NCBI GenBank assembly: GCA_963783575.1
Contig: CAWAOD010000014.1
Span: 64,001 to 128,000, forward strand
Source of the DNA: an uncultured Spirochaetota bacterium
Lineage (GTDB): Bacteria; Spirochaetota; Brevinematia; Brevinematales; JAOACQ01
Length of the DNA: 64,000 bases
Direction of reading: 5' to 3'
The notes below the pieces were generated by a model, which was not told the DNA's origin, did not search any database, and saw only the letters and a program-made list of their open reading frames with translations. Position numbers and translations under genes: made by a program. Positions 63,966 to 64,000 of the stretch are shown here, one piece after another; position 1 is the stretch's first letter, and every line of letters starts with the position of its first letter.

Positions 63966-64000
63966 CGAATTTATTCAGGAGTTTTTAATGAATGAAAACG

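Overview
AT-rich bacterial chromosome segment from a probable diderm. Non-lipidated periplasmic binding proteins, an Omp85-like gene, sigma54 signalling and receiver-PilZ proteins suggest a spirochaete-like organism (inference only). Layout: (1) 1-7.7 kb, a beta-glycan locus (GH26-like tail, GH5, CUT1 sugar ABC transporter, clan GH-A hydrolase, CBM4/9 lipoprotein). (2) 7.9-27.5 kb, an accessory zone with a complete IS21 element (8305-10866, TSD CAGAC), an IS1380 stub, four orphan IS21-type ends, and a long run of mostly minus-strand small genes, several bounded by attC-like GTTRRRY/RYYYAAC boxes. (3) A heterodimeric ABC exporter and a transglutaminase-like lipoprotein. (4) About 34.4-35.2 kb, an orphan attP-like site with a tRNA-Ser 3' core. 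(5) 35.3-48.9 kb, the most striking feature: a soluble histidine kinase whose N-terminus is a sugar ABC ATPase (NBD) domain. It is paired with an NtrC-type activator and faces a sigma54 promoter that drives a CUT2 sugar ABC transporter, followed by an araB remnant and fucI. (6) An uncharacterised Omp85/TPR/DsbD_2/4Fe-4S/DOMON-like operon with a membrane LuxR regulator. (7) A patchwork of gene fragments, a full IS1380 (58464-60171, TSD TATGT), a NarL-type two-component system and a sugar-binding protein. Many ORFs are broken by single-base homopolymer indels or in-frame stops, so some pseudogene calls may be assembly error. No rRNA, complete tRNA or CRISPR array was found.
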